Source: an uncultured delta proteobacterium (GTDB taxonomy: Bacteria; Myxococcota_A; Polyangia; Fen-1088). From it: DNA of 64,000 bases. Numbering within the stretch: the stretch's first letter is position 1; the number at the start of each line of letters is the position of its first letter. Location of the stretch: positions 13,495 to 77,494 of the forward strand of contig CAWCMR010000021.1 in NCBI GenBank assembly GCA_963796685.1, given 5' to 3'. This document shows, in pieces, positions 12,369-23,539 of the stretch. Both the position numbers and the translations under genes were made by a program. Below the pieces are notes generated by a model. The model saw nothing but the letters and a program-made list of their open reading frames with translations. It was not told where the DNA came from and searched no databases.

Positions 12369-12968
12369 CTAATCAGCATAGGTGCACGTAAATGGCAACA
12401 CCTGTCCAGCCATGCAGGGCCACCGATGATTCGCCATCTTGGAGAGCCAATACTGGCGAGTAGCCGCATCTGTTATCCAAGTGTTGTCGATAATCAGGCC
12501 GTCTCCATCGAAGACAATCTCGCCACTCCAGGTGCCGCCATCCTGCAATGGGGTACAGTAGCCCAGCCCAACAAAGCCGTTGGCAATTTCATTCCATAGT
12601 AATGGCCCGTCACAATCACACGAGGAATCGACAGAGCATACGGTTCCGCCGTCGATCCCATCCTCCCAATGGCCATTGACTTCACCTTGGGAAACTGCGT
12701 CCCCGGTAGATCCCCCGCCAGCGCCTCCGACACCGCTCGGGGATGTGAATCCCCCCACTCCCAAGTAGAAGCCGCCCACCCCCGATGCCTGTCTTTCGGC
12801 ACCACCGCTTCCTAGGCTAGTATCCGCAGGTGTGCCCGCGTCAACCGTCTTATGTGTCCGACTTGGCCCTCCGCAGCAAACCAAAGCAATCGTGATCGCC
12901 AGCGAGAAATGCGAATGCTTGTCCTCTGGCCTATCCACTTGAATGTAGGCGCGATTGACATCGTTCAT
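12369..12968 (-). CDS. Hypothetical Gly-rich, Cys-containing exported protein
   Basis: Hydrophobic segment ending CCGG, Gly-rich linker, Cys-rich C-terminus. Confidence 0.5.
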   Translation of the reverse strand: MNDVNRAYIQVDRPEDKHSHFSLAITIALVCCGGPSRTHKTVDAGTPADTSLGSGGAERQASGVGGFYLGVGGFTSPSGVGGAGGGSTGDAVSQGEVNGHWEDGIDGGTVCSVDSSCDCDGPLLWNEIANGFVGLGYCTPLQDGGTWSGEIVFDGDGLIIDNTWITDAATRQYWLSKMANHRWPCMAGQVLPFTCTYAD

Positions 12969-14710
12969 GGCTCAACCTGTCTGTTGATAACGCATTGGGA
13001 CCTCTGGTCTGGGCTACAAGCCCGTGACCACCATAAGTTTACCACCATCTCGTCCAGCGTACAGCTGTCCTATCTGGATTGGTCGGGATGCCTCACCTCT
13101 GACGGCTAGGAACATGGTCGAGTAGCTCGTAGTGCGGGCTCAGCACTCAAGGCACAGCCTGCTGCGCGAGCCGGTCCACAACGTCAGGGATACGATCAGC
13201 AGACTGCACCGCTCGCGCTAGTCAATAGTAGCTGTTATTTTCGAACCAATGCTTCACATCTGCCTCGAAGTTGTCACCGTCCCGCATGGTTACACTATGA
13301 CCAGACTCATAGGCGCTAGGCATCGTAACGTCGACAAACAGACCACTCACGCCATCCATCGCCTGGTATGCAATTTCTAGTATACCTGGTAGGGAATAGG
13401 GACCGTGCGCTGTACTCATGTAGTTGCCACCACAGATGGCGCCAATCGGCTTTGGCTGCGGACACAGTAGCACATTGGGTATATACCCGCTGTTGAGAGC
13501 GTCGGCAATTGCTGGCGACCTGATAATCGCATCGTGCTTCGCCACGGTAATCAGAGTCGCGACCAGGCGGAACACATTGACGACAAAATCCCCTCCGATC
13601 TCAGCCGCGGCGGCCGAATTAGTCCAGTCTCGGGCGAGTGGTCCGGCTCCTGTACAGAACGGCCTGATGGCAGTGTAATCCTTCATGCAACCGTACAGAT
13701 CGGAAACCCTGGGATTAAGACTCACGAAATAATTGTCTCCAGAAACCAATGGGCCACCAAAGGCAGTTGTCCAGTCTGGGGTCGTGGGTAAGACTATGTC
13801 ACCTCGGTCTCGCCCGAATGCCTGCGTTCTTTCGACTGCCTTCATCCACTGAATCGTACTAGCATCGACACCGAGCATTACGTTGAGTCCTGTCAAGGTG
13901 GTCAGATTTCCACCGGCAAGACGTTCTAGGGCGTTAGACCAACCGAGACCATTAATCGTCGGTTTGTCGCAGTTGTAAATGTCGCACGTCGCCGGTACAT
14001 TGGTCTGCTTGCCAGTGTTGGGATCTATTGTTTGGGTTGTCCAGGCAGTCCAACAATTTCCAGGGTTTCCCTTATCGGGATTGGTCGACGGGGAAAGGCA
14101 GCCTTGGGGTGGCCAGTTGCCGTTGTTTTCTGACTGGTATATCCCTGCGACAAGGGGCTCAATCAGAACCTGATGTCCAAAGGTGCCCCTTATCTGAAGA
14201 GCACTAGGCGTCGAGGTATGGAGGGCCGCAGGAAAATAGCTCATCAAGTCGCTGTACAATTGCGGATCCTGATACGCACCACCGCCGCCACTGGCCAGGG
14301 ACGGATAATTGTAAAGGTAGTGAAGCATCAGGCTGGCTCGCGTACCACCATAGCTCTCCCCGACCAGGATGACCCGATTGCCAACCAAGGCGGGATGGCG
14401 ATGAAGGAATTGCAAAATTGCGCGCAGAAAGATCCCGGCATCTCTGTCGATGTCAAGCCCAGCGTCATTCTGGGCGCCGTCATGTGGCAACGGATAGGAA
14501 AATCCAGTGGCCGGCGCGTCAATGTAGAGCAAATTGGCAAACTCAGTCCAGCTATGTGGATTTGCGACCAAGGCTAACGAGGTAGCTGCACCCGTCGGAT
14601 CGACCTGCTTCACTGGTCCGGTACCGAAACTGAAGAGGCCAGCGGAGGTCGCCCCCCCGGGTCCGCCATTGAATAGGACAGCGAGCGGCTTGGTCTTAGG
14701 CATGACGTCT

Positions 14711-16277
14711 CGGTGTAGCTCTCATGCTGGCGTGAAAATCCGTGGGTTTCAAAGGCGGGCCGAGCGAATTGAAACGACGTCATTGAGGACGGTAATCGCG
14801 ACTCGGTAGGTGGCGGCGAGCAGAGCCCAGGCTTGGTCGAATCGTTCGCTTTGCGCCCAGCCCCGTAGATTCAAGATGGCTTGGCCACCTTGCTTGCCCC
14901 AGCGCATTCCACTTTGTTTCATTCTCTGCGTTACCAAGGTCTTGCATGCGGCTTCCATGACCCCGGTCCCGATGGGCAGACCTTGTGCCTTCATTTCCGC
15001 GTAACGCATGCGCTTCTGGTATTTTCGGAAATACGCCAATTCGGTTGGAATGTGTTTGCTGTGCGGGTGCTTTTCCCGAAGGTAGATCAGTGACCGAATC
15101 ACCTTCTTGACCCCGCCTTCCTCTTCCAGCAGCACGTGCCGTAGGTCGTTGAATCGCCGTTGCGTTTCGACCGTGCCATCGCCGTAGGCAGAGGCCAAGG
15201 CCGTGTTCAGGTGTTCCGCTGCGTGGAAGAAATCCACCACCTCCGACCCCTTGGGCAATTCCTTGTGCAAGTACGTCCAATTGTCGTTTGCCCCGTCGGC
15301 GGCCTTCATCAGTTGCAGGTCGGGACGCAGCGACAACGCCATGTCCAATTCCGCCTTCAAGGCTTCCTTGAGCGACGCCTTGTGTGGCTCGGGCATTTTT
15401 GCCATGCGCACCGCCGCCAGAAGTCTTCCATTTCGGTCGCAAAAACCAAGCGTCGCGCATCCAACCTCGCGATAGCCAGCGGGGCCCTTCGCGATATGCC
15501 CGCGTGCGGCGGTCTCCGCACGCTTATCCGCCGCGCCTCCATCCTTCATGGGCGCCAGCACTCCGTCGAGACTCGCCATCACCGTGACCGCCTCCTCGGG
15601 GATGGTCATCCCTTCGCGCAAAACCTTCTCGAACTCCTTCCGGTCGTCATTCCACCGCTCGGCCAATCGCTTCGGCAGCCGGTCCAAGCTGCTTTTCGAG
15701 GGCGTCATGTTGCCCACCCTCTTGAAAAGCTCCTCGCCGGTCTGCGGAGTCATTTGCGATACCACCCAGGTCGCCTGCTGGGCCGCCATCGGCGTCCAGA
15801 AGCCATCGACCACCCCCACCTTCAAGTCCAGCGGCACGATGCAGGGTTCGTGGTCGTTGCTTCGGTCCTTGAAGAGCGCTCGCTCGACGGTTACTGGCCC
15901 GGCGGCGGTCATGTACGTTTGAGCCGCGCGCAAGACTCGCCGGTATCCGGTCCCCTCGACCACGATGGCATCCGCGTCCACGTCGGCACGCTCCAACTCT
16001 TCGGCCAACAAATCGCGCTCGACCTCCTGTAGCTGCTGGTGGAGACGCTTCTCGAATGTCTCGAAGGTCTCCTTGGGCCCCTTCTTTCGCATCCCCGCAT
16101 CTTCCAAGATCGCTCGCAGTTTGGCGACCGACATTGGGGCCTTCTGTCCTTGGGTGTGTGCTTCGTTCCTGGCAACAACATTCAGGTGCATGGTATGTCT
16201 AAAACCTCTTTCGTTTCGCGGACATTCCCTCCCTTTGTGTTTCTTCGAGTTTTCACGTCAGGGTAAGATCAACACCC
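14711..16277 (-). mobile_element. ISKra4/ISLre2-like (UPF0236, Mutator-related) insertion sequence
   Basis: 8-bp TSD TGACGTCT at 14703-14710 and 16278-16285; imperfect terminal IRs CGGTGTAGCTCTCA / GGGTGTTGATCTTA. Confidence 0.85.
14749..16191 (-). CDS. ISKra4-like DDE transposase
   Basis: ADGA, DFFHAAEHL, GLPIGTGVMEAACK, RMKQSGMRW motifs. Confidence 0.88.
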   Translation of the reverse strand: MHLNVVARNEAHTQGQKAPMSVAKLRAILEDAGMRKKGPKETFETFEKRLHQQLQEVERDLLAEELERADVDADAIVVEGTGYRRVLRAAQTYMTAAGPVTVERALFKDRSNDHEPCIVPLDLKVGVVDGFWTPMAAQQATWVVSQMTPQTGEELFKRVGNMTPSKSSLDRLPKRLAERWNDDRKEFEKVLREGMTIPEEAVTVMASLDGVLAPMKDGGAADKRAETAARGHIAKGPAGYREVGCATLGFCDRNGRLLAAVRMAKMPEPHKASLKEALKAELDMALSLRPDLQLMKAADGANDNWTYLHKELPKGSEVVDFFHAAEHLNTALASAYGDGTVETQRRFNDLRHVLLEEEGGVKKVIRSLIYLREKHPHSKHIPTELAYFRKYQKRMRYAEMKAQGLPIGTGVMEAACKTLVTQRMKQSGMRWGKQGGQAILNLRGWAQSERFDQAWALLAATYRVAITVLNDVVSIRSARL

Positions 16278-16376
16278 TGACGTCTGCTGGCCGGAAAGAA
16301 TACCAGATTCGGTTATCAGGTGCGTTTCGCTGAACATTTTCGGCAATGTAGGGGCCACCCGAGATGGACAAAAATC

Positions 16377-17700
16377 GGCTCCTCGCTATTTGGAATGGAT
16401 TGAATTGGGAAATGCACAGGGAAGTCTGAAGTCCAGTTTTGACAGCAGCAGATAAATCACAGTCTTCATTTTGCGCGCGGAGCGAAAGCCACGCGCCCGC
16501 GCCTTGGCCGCCTGGATGAGGCTGTTGAGTCCTTCCAAGAGACCATTCGTCAGGCCTGACATGAACCATCTCATCACGCCTGCCTGGTGCGCCTTGAGGG
16601 TCTTGGCGGCCCTGATGACGGGTTCCAATCGGCTATGGGTGGCCCAGAAATACCAGCGCTGAAACCACGCCTCCGCTTCATCCGCACTCAGGCTATACAA
16701 CTCCTGTAGCATGAGCTTGATGTGGTAGGCCCGCGCAGTGGCCAATTTGGAGGAGCGCAAGACCGCGAAGTGCTCCCTGTTCTCGGATTTGATGTTGGCC
16801 TCGTTCCTCAGCCAGTCGTGGCGCGTGCCCTTCAACTCCGGAGAGGACTTCTGCTCCTGCCTTCGCACCTCATCGATTGCGTCGTTCATGAGTTGGATGA
16901 CATGGAACCTGTCGAAGGTTAGGTGCGCCGCCGGAAACGTCTCCAAGATGCCCTTGATGAATGCCTGCGACATGTCGAGACTGAAGTCCGTCACCTTCTT
17001 CACGTCTCCACCGTGAGCGAGCAGATCGTCCTTGAAACAAGCCACCGTGCCGTGATCTTTCCCCTCCGTGACGAACAAGACTTTCGCCGCAACCATGTCG
17101 GCAAAGACCGTGACATAGACGTGGTTCTTCTGCCGCGAAGTCTCGTCGACGCCAACCTCGGCGACCTGGCTGTAGTCGGCTCGCTCACGGGCCTCGTCCA
17201 CGTAGTGTTCCAGGATGCGCCACAGGAGCGTGTCATGCTCGCCGACGATGCGACCGACCGCCGCCACCGTGAGGCCGTTGCGTGCCAGTTCCACCACCAT
17301 CGCCTCGAAGAGAAGGGTGAAGTTCGACCCGCCACGAGCCCATGGCACATCGACCGTCAAGACGCCGTGCTTGTCACACTTGGTTCGAGGTTGTCTTGCC
17401 TCGACATAGGTGAGGTACTGGAAGAAGTTCAGGTGTCGCCATGTCTGCGGCGAGGCATCGTGTACCTTGCAAGCATCGCCACACGTAGGGCAAGGGAAGG
17501 TGCTCCCCGGCTTGAAGTCGACTTTGATGTCGAGGCGCTTCTTCTCGGCGTCAAGGTTCAGCTCTACGACCTCCCATGGATTGACCATGCCGAGAGCCAC
17601 TGTAAAAAGCGCATTGACGTCAAGACCAGAACTTGGATTTTGCACCACGGAAGATTAGCGGAACAACCAACCTCGCGTCCATTTTAGACAGCGAGGAGCC
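16377..17700 (-). mobile_element. ISL3-family insertion sequence, copy 1 (1324 bp)
   Basis: Terminal IR GGCTCCTCGCT; 8-bp TSD CAAAAATC at 16369-16376 and 17701-17708. Confidence 0.95.
16386..17648 (-). CDS. ISL3-family transposase
   Basis: CPTCG zinc finger, GVDE, DMS, DRFHV, TNGLLEGLN motifs. Confidence 0.95.
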   Translation of the reverse strand: MVQNPSSGLDVNALFTVALGMVNPWEVVELNLDAEKKRLDIKVDFKPGSTFPCPTCGDACKVHDASPQTWRHLNFFQYLTYVEARQPRTKCDKHGVLTVDVPWARGGSNFTLLFEAMVVELARNGLTVAAVGRIVGEHDTLLWRILEHYVDEARERADYSQVAEVGVDETSRQKNHVYVTVFADMVAAKVLFVTEGKDHGTVACFKDDLLAHGGDVKKVTDFSLDMSQAFIKGILETFPAAHLTFDRFHVIQLMNDAIDEVRRQEQKSSPELKGTRHDWLRNEANIKSENREHFAVLRSSKLATARAYHIKLMLQELYSLSADEAEAWFQRWYFWATHSRLEPVIRAAKTLKAHQAGVMRWFMSGLTNGLLEGLNSLIQAAKARARGFRSARKMKTVIYLLLSKLDFRLPCAFPNSIHSK

Positions 17701-19165
17701 CAAAAATCCCGCCTCCGGCCCAAGTGTTTCCGCACTTCCGGTGTCATCCAAGGTTGTGTCATTCGAGCAGGACCAGTCTTGGTCGAGACATAGGCATCCG
17801 CCGCAGCCAGGCATCCGAAATGGGTACGCGTAGAGCTCAGCACTAATGTTTGCAGACAACGCGACCACAGTGCCTGCGACAGAGCCCCATTTAAGGGTGG
17901 TCGCGGCCCAAGGAGCCAGGATCGACGCCGGAAACCCGGTCGATTGTATGGTCAGGGTTTTCGTGCCGTAGAAGTTCCAAAGCATATTGCGCAACCCCAG
18001 TTTCGCAGTGGGGTCAGTGAAGCTCGCGTCCTGGATCACCGCCCCATCCGAACCAACGTTGACGATCACGGTGGATCCCCGAGGCACGTCGAACGAGTAG
18101 GTGGTGGTCCCAGACATAAGGTTGCCGACGATGGAGAAGACATTTAGGTCAGGGTCCGTGCTTTTGAAGACAACCTTGTGGTTGTTGTTGCTGTCCCTTT
18201 TCGCGGAAGAGCCCGGCGTCGTTGGGTACTGATAAAGTGCAGCAGACATGTCCTGAAGGTTTGTCTGTGCAGTACCGAAGTTTATGGGGAATGTGAGTGG
18301 GTTGGGGTTCTCCTGGTAGAGGCGACCATTGGTATACGTGACACCGCTGTTTTGGGGATTGTACGTTCCGCCGTAGATGGCATTCCCATACACGGTTGCG
18401 TTGGAAATATTGAGATCGCCCTGCGTGATCAGCGCGAGACCCTCTTGTTGGGTAGAATTAACATTGAAGCTGCTTGCTGTTATGGCGCCCTGCCCTGCGA
18501 CTGGCCCCTGTACGTGTGCCAGGTTGCTCACAGTGCCGGCGACAGCGAAAACATTGAAGTCGCGTGGGTAGTACTGGTCATGGTCAGAGGGGGTGTCCAC
18601 GACCGGCCCCTGTGTCCAGGCATATCGTCCGCAGACGTCCTGCTTTAGAATGTTGAAGGCGTAGGCCGAGCCTTTCTGGATGCACGCGAGATCCCACCTC
18701 CCTTGCCCGCTGGTGCGGTCACAGCAATAGCCGAAGTTGGACAGGGAGCAGACGTACTGAACGACCTGATTCACCTGTTGGACTGACGAGCTACTCGGAT
18801 CCTTCGGGTCGCCTGGAATGCACCAGGAATGAGTTTCGTTGGCCATCGCAACAAGTGGTGCTGCGGCAACGACCAAGGGTAGCAAGGACAACAACCATGG
18901 GCGAAGTCTGATCGATAAGCGCATTTTGCCTCCCGATTAGTTGAGTTACTTTCCACACCGCGGCAATGATGCGGGGCGTTTGCGTCAGTGTCAAGTGCTA
19001 TTTTTGCAGTTGCCGCACACATAGCAATCTCTGCATGCAGAGGCGACGTCACATCAGACCGCCCACGATGAACTGTCAGGCTGACGGTTGCGCCGTCTAT
19101 GCCTCTTCGATTTCTGCCTTCTATGCGAGCATGGTTTGGTATCGTTGGTCGGAGATGGGTGGTCC

Positions 19166-20377
19166 ATGACGAGAGGCCGATCAGTCGTTGTCGTGTTGCT
19201 ATTCTTGGTCAACGCGTGCGGGCGTTGGGGACTGATGTCTGGGAATTCTGGCGCGGATTCCGGTTTGGGTGGCAATGGCGCAGGGGGCACCCCAAATACA
19301 TACGGTACCCGTGACAGCGGTGGTGTCAGCGGTTATGGCGGAGGGATTGGCGGCATCGCGAATACCGGAGGAGTCATCCACACTGGCGGCATGGTTGGCG
19401 CGGGTGGAAGCTCCGGCGGAGGTGGAACCAATCCAATGGGCGACTCGGGGACCATCGACAGCGAATGCAGCGGCCCCTGCTTGGCCAATCCGCCGTCCAC
19501 AGCCCGGTGTCAAGCTGGTCGCTGTCTGGTTACGCTAGCCGCCGGAATGTCTCGGCCCTTTCGTATCAGCGTCGATGCCACTGCGGTCTACTGGACAAAC
19601 AACTATGACGGAACCGTGATGAAGGTGCCCGTGGACGGGGGAACACCTACGGTGCTTGCTTCCGGTCAAGCCCACCCCGCTGGTATTGCCGTCGATGCCA
19701 CGAACGTTTACTGGGCCACTGACAACGACGTGAAGAAGGTATCGGTGGGGGGTGGGGCATCCACTGTGCTGAGCAGTTGGCAGGGCCAGGTCGTTGGGAT
19801 CGCGCTGCATGCCACAAGCGTCTACTCGGCTGCTTATGACAACTTTTCTGCCCAGGTGACGAGCGTCTCCCTGGATGGAAGCAAGATCACGACGATTGCC
19901 TCCGTAGCCTCAGCGAGCGTCTGGAGCATTGCGGTCGACGCCACAAATTTCTACTGGACAGACAACCTCTATGGCGTCGTGCGCCAGGTACCCCTGACCG
20001 GGGGCATTCCCATCGCCCTGTCTTCTGGTCAGGGCTCACCGAGTGGTATCGGCGTCGACGGTACCAGTGTCTACTGGACCGCTTTGTTTACGGACCCTAC
20101 CACCGGAAACGGCAGTCTGATGAAGATGTCTCTCAGCGGAGGCTCGCCCACAACACTCGCCACCGGTAAGTCCCCGTCCGAGCTCGCTCTGGACGACGCG
20201 AGCGTCTACTGGAACGATCAGTCTGCCGGCACTGTAAACAAGGTGCCTCTGACCGGAGGCACGTCGGTCACCCTTGTCTCCGGTCCCGCAGGCTTGGGTG
20301 GCATCGCCATCGACGCCAACAGCGTCTACTGGACCAACTACATCAACGGCACGGTGATGAAGGTGACTCCGAAGTAG
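19166..20377 (+). CDS. Exported Gly-rich protein with VYWT beta-propeller repeats (DUF5050-like)
   Basis: Lipobox-like LVNAC, Gly-rich linker, about seven IAVDATxVYWT repeats. Confidence 0.8.
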   Translation: MTRGRSVVVVLLFLVNACGRWGLMSGNSGADSGLGGNGAGGTPNTYGTRDSGGVSGYGGGIGGIANTGGVIHTGGMVGAGGSSGGGGTNPMGDSGTIDSECSGPCLANPPSTARCQAGRCLVTLAAGMSRPFRISVDATAVYWTNNYDGTVMKVPVDGGTPTVLASGQAHPAGIAVDATNVYWATDNDVKKVSVGGGASTVLSSWQGQVVGIALHATSVYSAAYDNFSAQVTSVSLDGSKITTIASVASASVWSIAVDATNFYWTDNLYGVVRQVPLTGGIPIALSSGQGSPSGIGVDGTSVYWTALFTDPTTGNGSLMKMSLSGGSPTTLATGKSPSELALDDASVYWNDQSAGTVNKVPLTGGTSVTLVSGPAGLGGIAIDANSVYWTNYINGTVMKVTPK

Positions 20378-20391
20378 CTGCCGACGCGTCG

Positions 20392-21495
20392 TCAGTACGC
20401 GAATCGCCGAACCGAGACGTTCATCACCAGGCCAAGCGCCAGCATCACGGTGAGCGCGCTCGAGCCGCCGTAACTGATGAGCGGCAGGGTGACACCGACC
20501 ACGGGCAGCACGCCGGTCACCATACCGATATTGACCGCGACCTGCCAGAAGAGCATCGACGCCACGCCCACGCACACGGTGATGCCGAACCGGTCGCGTG
20601 CCTCGCGGCCGATCTTCAGCACCCACAGCACCAGCAGGGCGTAGGCGAGCAGAACCGCGGTGCAGCCGATGAAGCCCCACTCCTCGGCCCACACGGCGAA
20701 GGGAAAGTCCGTCCACAAGGCGGGCAGCGAGCGCAGGCGAATCTGCGTTCCTTGCAAGAACCCCTTGCCGATGAAACGACCCGAGCCGACGGCGTTCATC
20801 GCCTGACGCGGCTGCCAGGCCGTGGCCGGATCGAGCGCGGGATTGATGAAGGCCAGCACGCGGTTGCGCTGGTAGTCGTGAAGCGCATATTCCCACAGAG
20901 GCGCGATGGCCAGCGCCCCCGCAACCACGATGCCGGCCAGGGTCTTCATGCGCAGACGTGCAATGACCACGACAGTCGCGGAAATGAGCCCGATGATGAG
21001 GGCGGTGCCGAGGTCGGGTTGGGCCGCGACGAGCAGCACGGGCAAGCCGGCCAAGAACAGCGGTACCAGGATGTGGCGCAAAGTGCGACCGTCAAGCGAA
21101 GGGGTGTCGTGAATGTATTTGGCGAGGGCGATGATGGTCAGCACCTTCATCAGCTCCGATGGCTGAAAGTGGAAAGCGCCCAGGTCGAACCAGCGGCGGG
21201 AGCCGCTGACCACTTTGCCGTGCACGAGCACCGCCACGAGCAGCACGATGCCGAAGCCGTAAAGGATGTAGCCGATGCGCGAAATGATCCGGTAGTCGAA
21301 ACTGGCCACCGCGAGGAAAAGGAGAATTCCGCCAGCCAGCCACGAGAGCTGCTGCGCGAAGAGATTGAACTGCCGCTCGCGAACGGCGCTCCACAGATTG
21401 AGCAGACCGAGGCTGAAGCACGCGGTCAGCGCAAAGGACAGGGTCCAGTCGAAGCGGAAGCGCAGCTTTCGCCACGACACGGATTTCGGCATCAC
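20392..21495 (-). CDS. rodA: Rod shape-determining SEDS protein RodA
   Basis: GSRRW, FQPSELMK, QPDLGTA, TDFPFAVWAEEWG, LPLISYGGS motifs; downstream of mrdA. Confidence 0.96.
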   Translation of the reverse strand: MMPKSVSWRKLRFRFDWTLSFALTACFSLGLLNLWSAVRERQFNLFAQQLSWLAGGILLFLAVASFDYRIISRIGYILYGFGIVLLVAVLVHGKVVSGSRRWFDLGAFHFQPSELMKVLTIIALAKYIHDTPSLDGRTLRHILVPLFLAGLPVLLVAAQPDLGTALIIGLISATVVVIARLRMKTLAGIVVAGALAIAPLWEYALHDYQRNRVLAFINPALDPATAWQPRQAMNAVGSGRFIGKGFLQGTQIRLRSLPALWTDFPFAVWAEEWGFIGCTAVLLAYALLVLWVLKIGREARDRFGITVCVGVASMLFWQVAVNIGMVTGVLPVVGVTLPLISYGGSSALTVMLALGLVMNVSVRRFAY

Positions 21496-23519
21496 TCGCC
21501 TCCGCCGGGCGTTGTCGAGGAAGACTGCTCGTCGCTGCCGACGCTGGCCGGCGCGGGCTTGGCGACCGGGCGCGCCTCGGCCACGGGCTTGTCCGCGGTG
21601 GCACTCAGGCGGCGCTCACCGCGGTGCGACACGTGCGGCGGGTTGCGCTCGTCGGGCGGAACCACGGTATCGAAGTAGTTCTCGACGATCTCCGCCGCGA
21701 CAGGCGCCGCGACCGAGCCGCCGTGCCCGCCGTGCTCGACCAGGACCGCGAAGGCGATGCGCGGCTTGGCCGCTGGCGCGAATCCGGCGAACCAGGCATG
21801 GTCCACGCGCTCGTAGGGAAGGGGCGGTTCGTCGCCGCCGCGCCGCCCCCCTTGGAACACCTGGGCCGTGCCGGTCTTGCCCGCGATCTCGATGCGCTTG
21901 GGCCGCGTCTTGTAGGCCGTGCCCTTCGAGTCGAAGACGACGCCGTAGAGCGCCCGGCGCAGAAAGGCCAACGATTCCTGCGACGCCGAGACCTCGCGCC
22001 GTACGCGTGGTGGGAACTCCTCGATGATTCGGCCCGAGGGCGATTCCACGCGCTCGACAATCTGGGGCAGCCACAGCTTCCCGTCGGAAGCGATGGCGGC
22101 GTAGAGCAGGGCCATCTGCAGCACGGTGACGCGCACCTCGCCCTCTCCGATGGCCGTGTTGAGCGCGTGCCCGATCACGAACCCTTCGTTTTTCTTGTCG
22201 ATCAAGGCGCGGGCGCGGTGCCACTCCTCGGTGGGGATGAATCCGGCCTGCTCACCGTTGAGCCCGAGACCCGTCGGGGCGCCCAGGCCGAAGTCCGCGG
22301 CGTACTTGGCCATGCGGTCCATCATTCCGGGCCGGCCACCGAGGTCGTAGAAGAACACGTTGCAGCTCTGCACGATGGCGTCGTAGAGATTCACCGTCTT
22401 GTGCGCCTTGGTGCAATGGAAACGACGGCGTCCGACTTGAAGGTAGCCCCCGCACTTGACCTTGTCCTCGGGCACGATCACCTTTTCCTCCAACCCCGCC
22501 ATGGCGGTGATGACCTTGAAGGTCGAGCCCGGGTTGAAGGTATCGGAGAGCGACTTGTCGAGAAACGGGTGCAAGCGATCGCTGAGCACGCGGGCAATGT
22601 TTTCCGCCGAAGCCCCACCGGACATCATGTTGAGGTCGAACGTGGGTTTGGAGGCGATAGCCAGAATGCGCCCGGTTTCCACGTCGATGACGACCACCGC
22701 GGCCGAGCGTACCGGGCGCAGGGCTCGTTCGACGATGCGCTGAAGATCGAGGTCGAGGGTCAAGATGACATTGTTGCCGGGCGAAGGCGACTGGCTGACG
22801 GGGCCATCGGTGACCAGGTCGGAGATACGCACGTCGGTGCGGCGCAAGCCGCGCCGGTTGACCACGACCTTCTCGAATCCCTTCTGTCCACGCAGGTAAG
22901 GCTCCCACTGCCGCTCGATGCCGGTGCGTCCGATGAGATCGCCGGCCTGGTAGCCTTCGTCCTTGCGGGTCTTGAGCTCTTCCCCCGAGATCTCGTTGAG
23001 GTAGCCGATGGCGTGCGCGGCGAGGCTGGTATAGGGGTAGTGGCGGCGCTGAACCGCCGCCACGTGGATGCCAGGCTTGTCGAGCGAGGTTTCGAGCTGG
23101 GCCATCACGTCGCGGCTCACGTTCTCGGCCACCACCAACGTACGGTCCTTGCCTTTGGTGGCTTCGTCCTCGATGGCCTCCCAGGTCACCATCCGCTCCA
23201 TGTCGGGCCCGAGCAGGGCGCGCAAATGATCGTACGACTCGCGCGTGATTTGCGAGGGTAGCACCTCGATGTCGTAAGACGGAACCATGGTGGCGAGCAC
23301 CCGGCCCTTGCGGTCGCGGATCTGGCCTCGCGTCGCCGGCAAGGCGATGGTGCGGATGATGTTCTCCGCCGTCATGCGGTAAAAGTTGTCGCCCTCGACG
23401 ACCTGCAGATAGAACAGGCGCACGCCGAGAGCCAGGAAAACCCCGGTTACGACCAGGGACAGCACCTGGCTGCGATGCCGTATCTCGGGGAGCTCTGCGT
23501 CCTGCCCTGCGATTTCCAT
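21492..23519 (-). CDS. mrdA: Penicillin-binding protein 2
   Basis: RGQIRDR, PGSTFK (SxxK), SCN, GKTGTAQ, DHAWF motifs. Confidence 0.95.
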   Translation of the reverse strand: MEIAGQDAELPEIRHRSQVLSLVVTGVFLALGVRLFYLQVVEGDNFYRMTAENIIRTIALPATRGQIRDRKGRVLATMVPSYDIEVLPSQITRESYDHLRALLGPDMERMVTWEAIEDEATKGKDRTLVVAENVSRDVMAQLETSLDKPGIHVAAVQRRHYPYTSLAAHAIGYLNEISGEELKTRKDEGYQAGDLIGRTGIERQWEPYLRGQKGFEKVVVNRRGLRRTDVRISDLVTDGPVSQSPSPGNNVILTLDLDLQRIVERALRPVRSAAVVVIDVETGRILAIASKPTFDLNMMSGGASAENIARVLSDRLHPFLDKSLSDTFNPGSTFKVITAMAGLEEKVIVPEDKVKCGGYLQVGRRRFHCTKAHKTVNLYDAIVQSCNVFFYDLGGRPGMMDRMAKYAADFGLGAPTGLGLNGEQAGFIPTEEWHRARALIDKKNEGFVIGHALNTAIGEGEVRVTVLQMALLYAAIASDGKLWLPQIVERVESPSGRIIEEFPPRVRREVSASQESLAFLRRALYGVVFDSKGTAYKTRPKRIEIAGKTGTAQVFQGGRRGGDEPPLPYERVDHAWFAGFAPAAKPRIAFAVLVEHGGHGGSVAAPVAAEIVENYFDTVVPPDERNPPHVSHRGERRLSATADKPVAEARPVAKPAPASVGSDEQSSSTTPGGGE

Positions 23520-23539
23520 CGGCGATAGAACCAGTGGGA

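Larger units (their letters stand above)
13222..18924 (-). pseudogene. Secreted choice-of-anchor-A + S10 serine carboxypeptidase fusion gene, interrupted by two IS elements
   Basis: Removing both IS and one copy of each TSD joins ...GPEAGFL|SISGG...RIWYSFRPADV|MPKTKPLAVLFNGGPG...GESYGG...SGHSV in frame (~931 aa). Confidence 0.85.
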
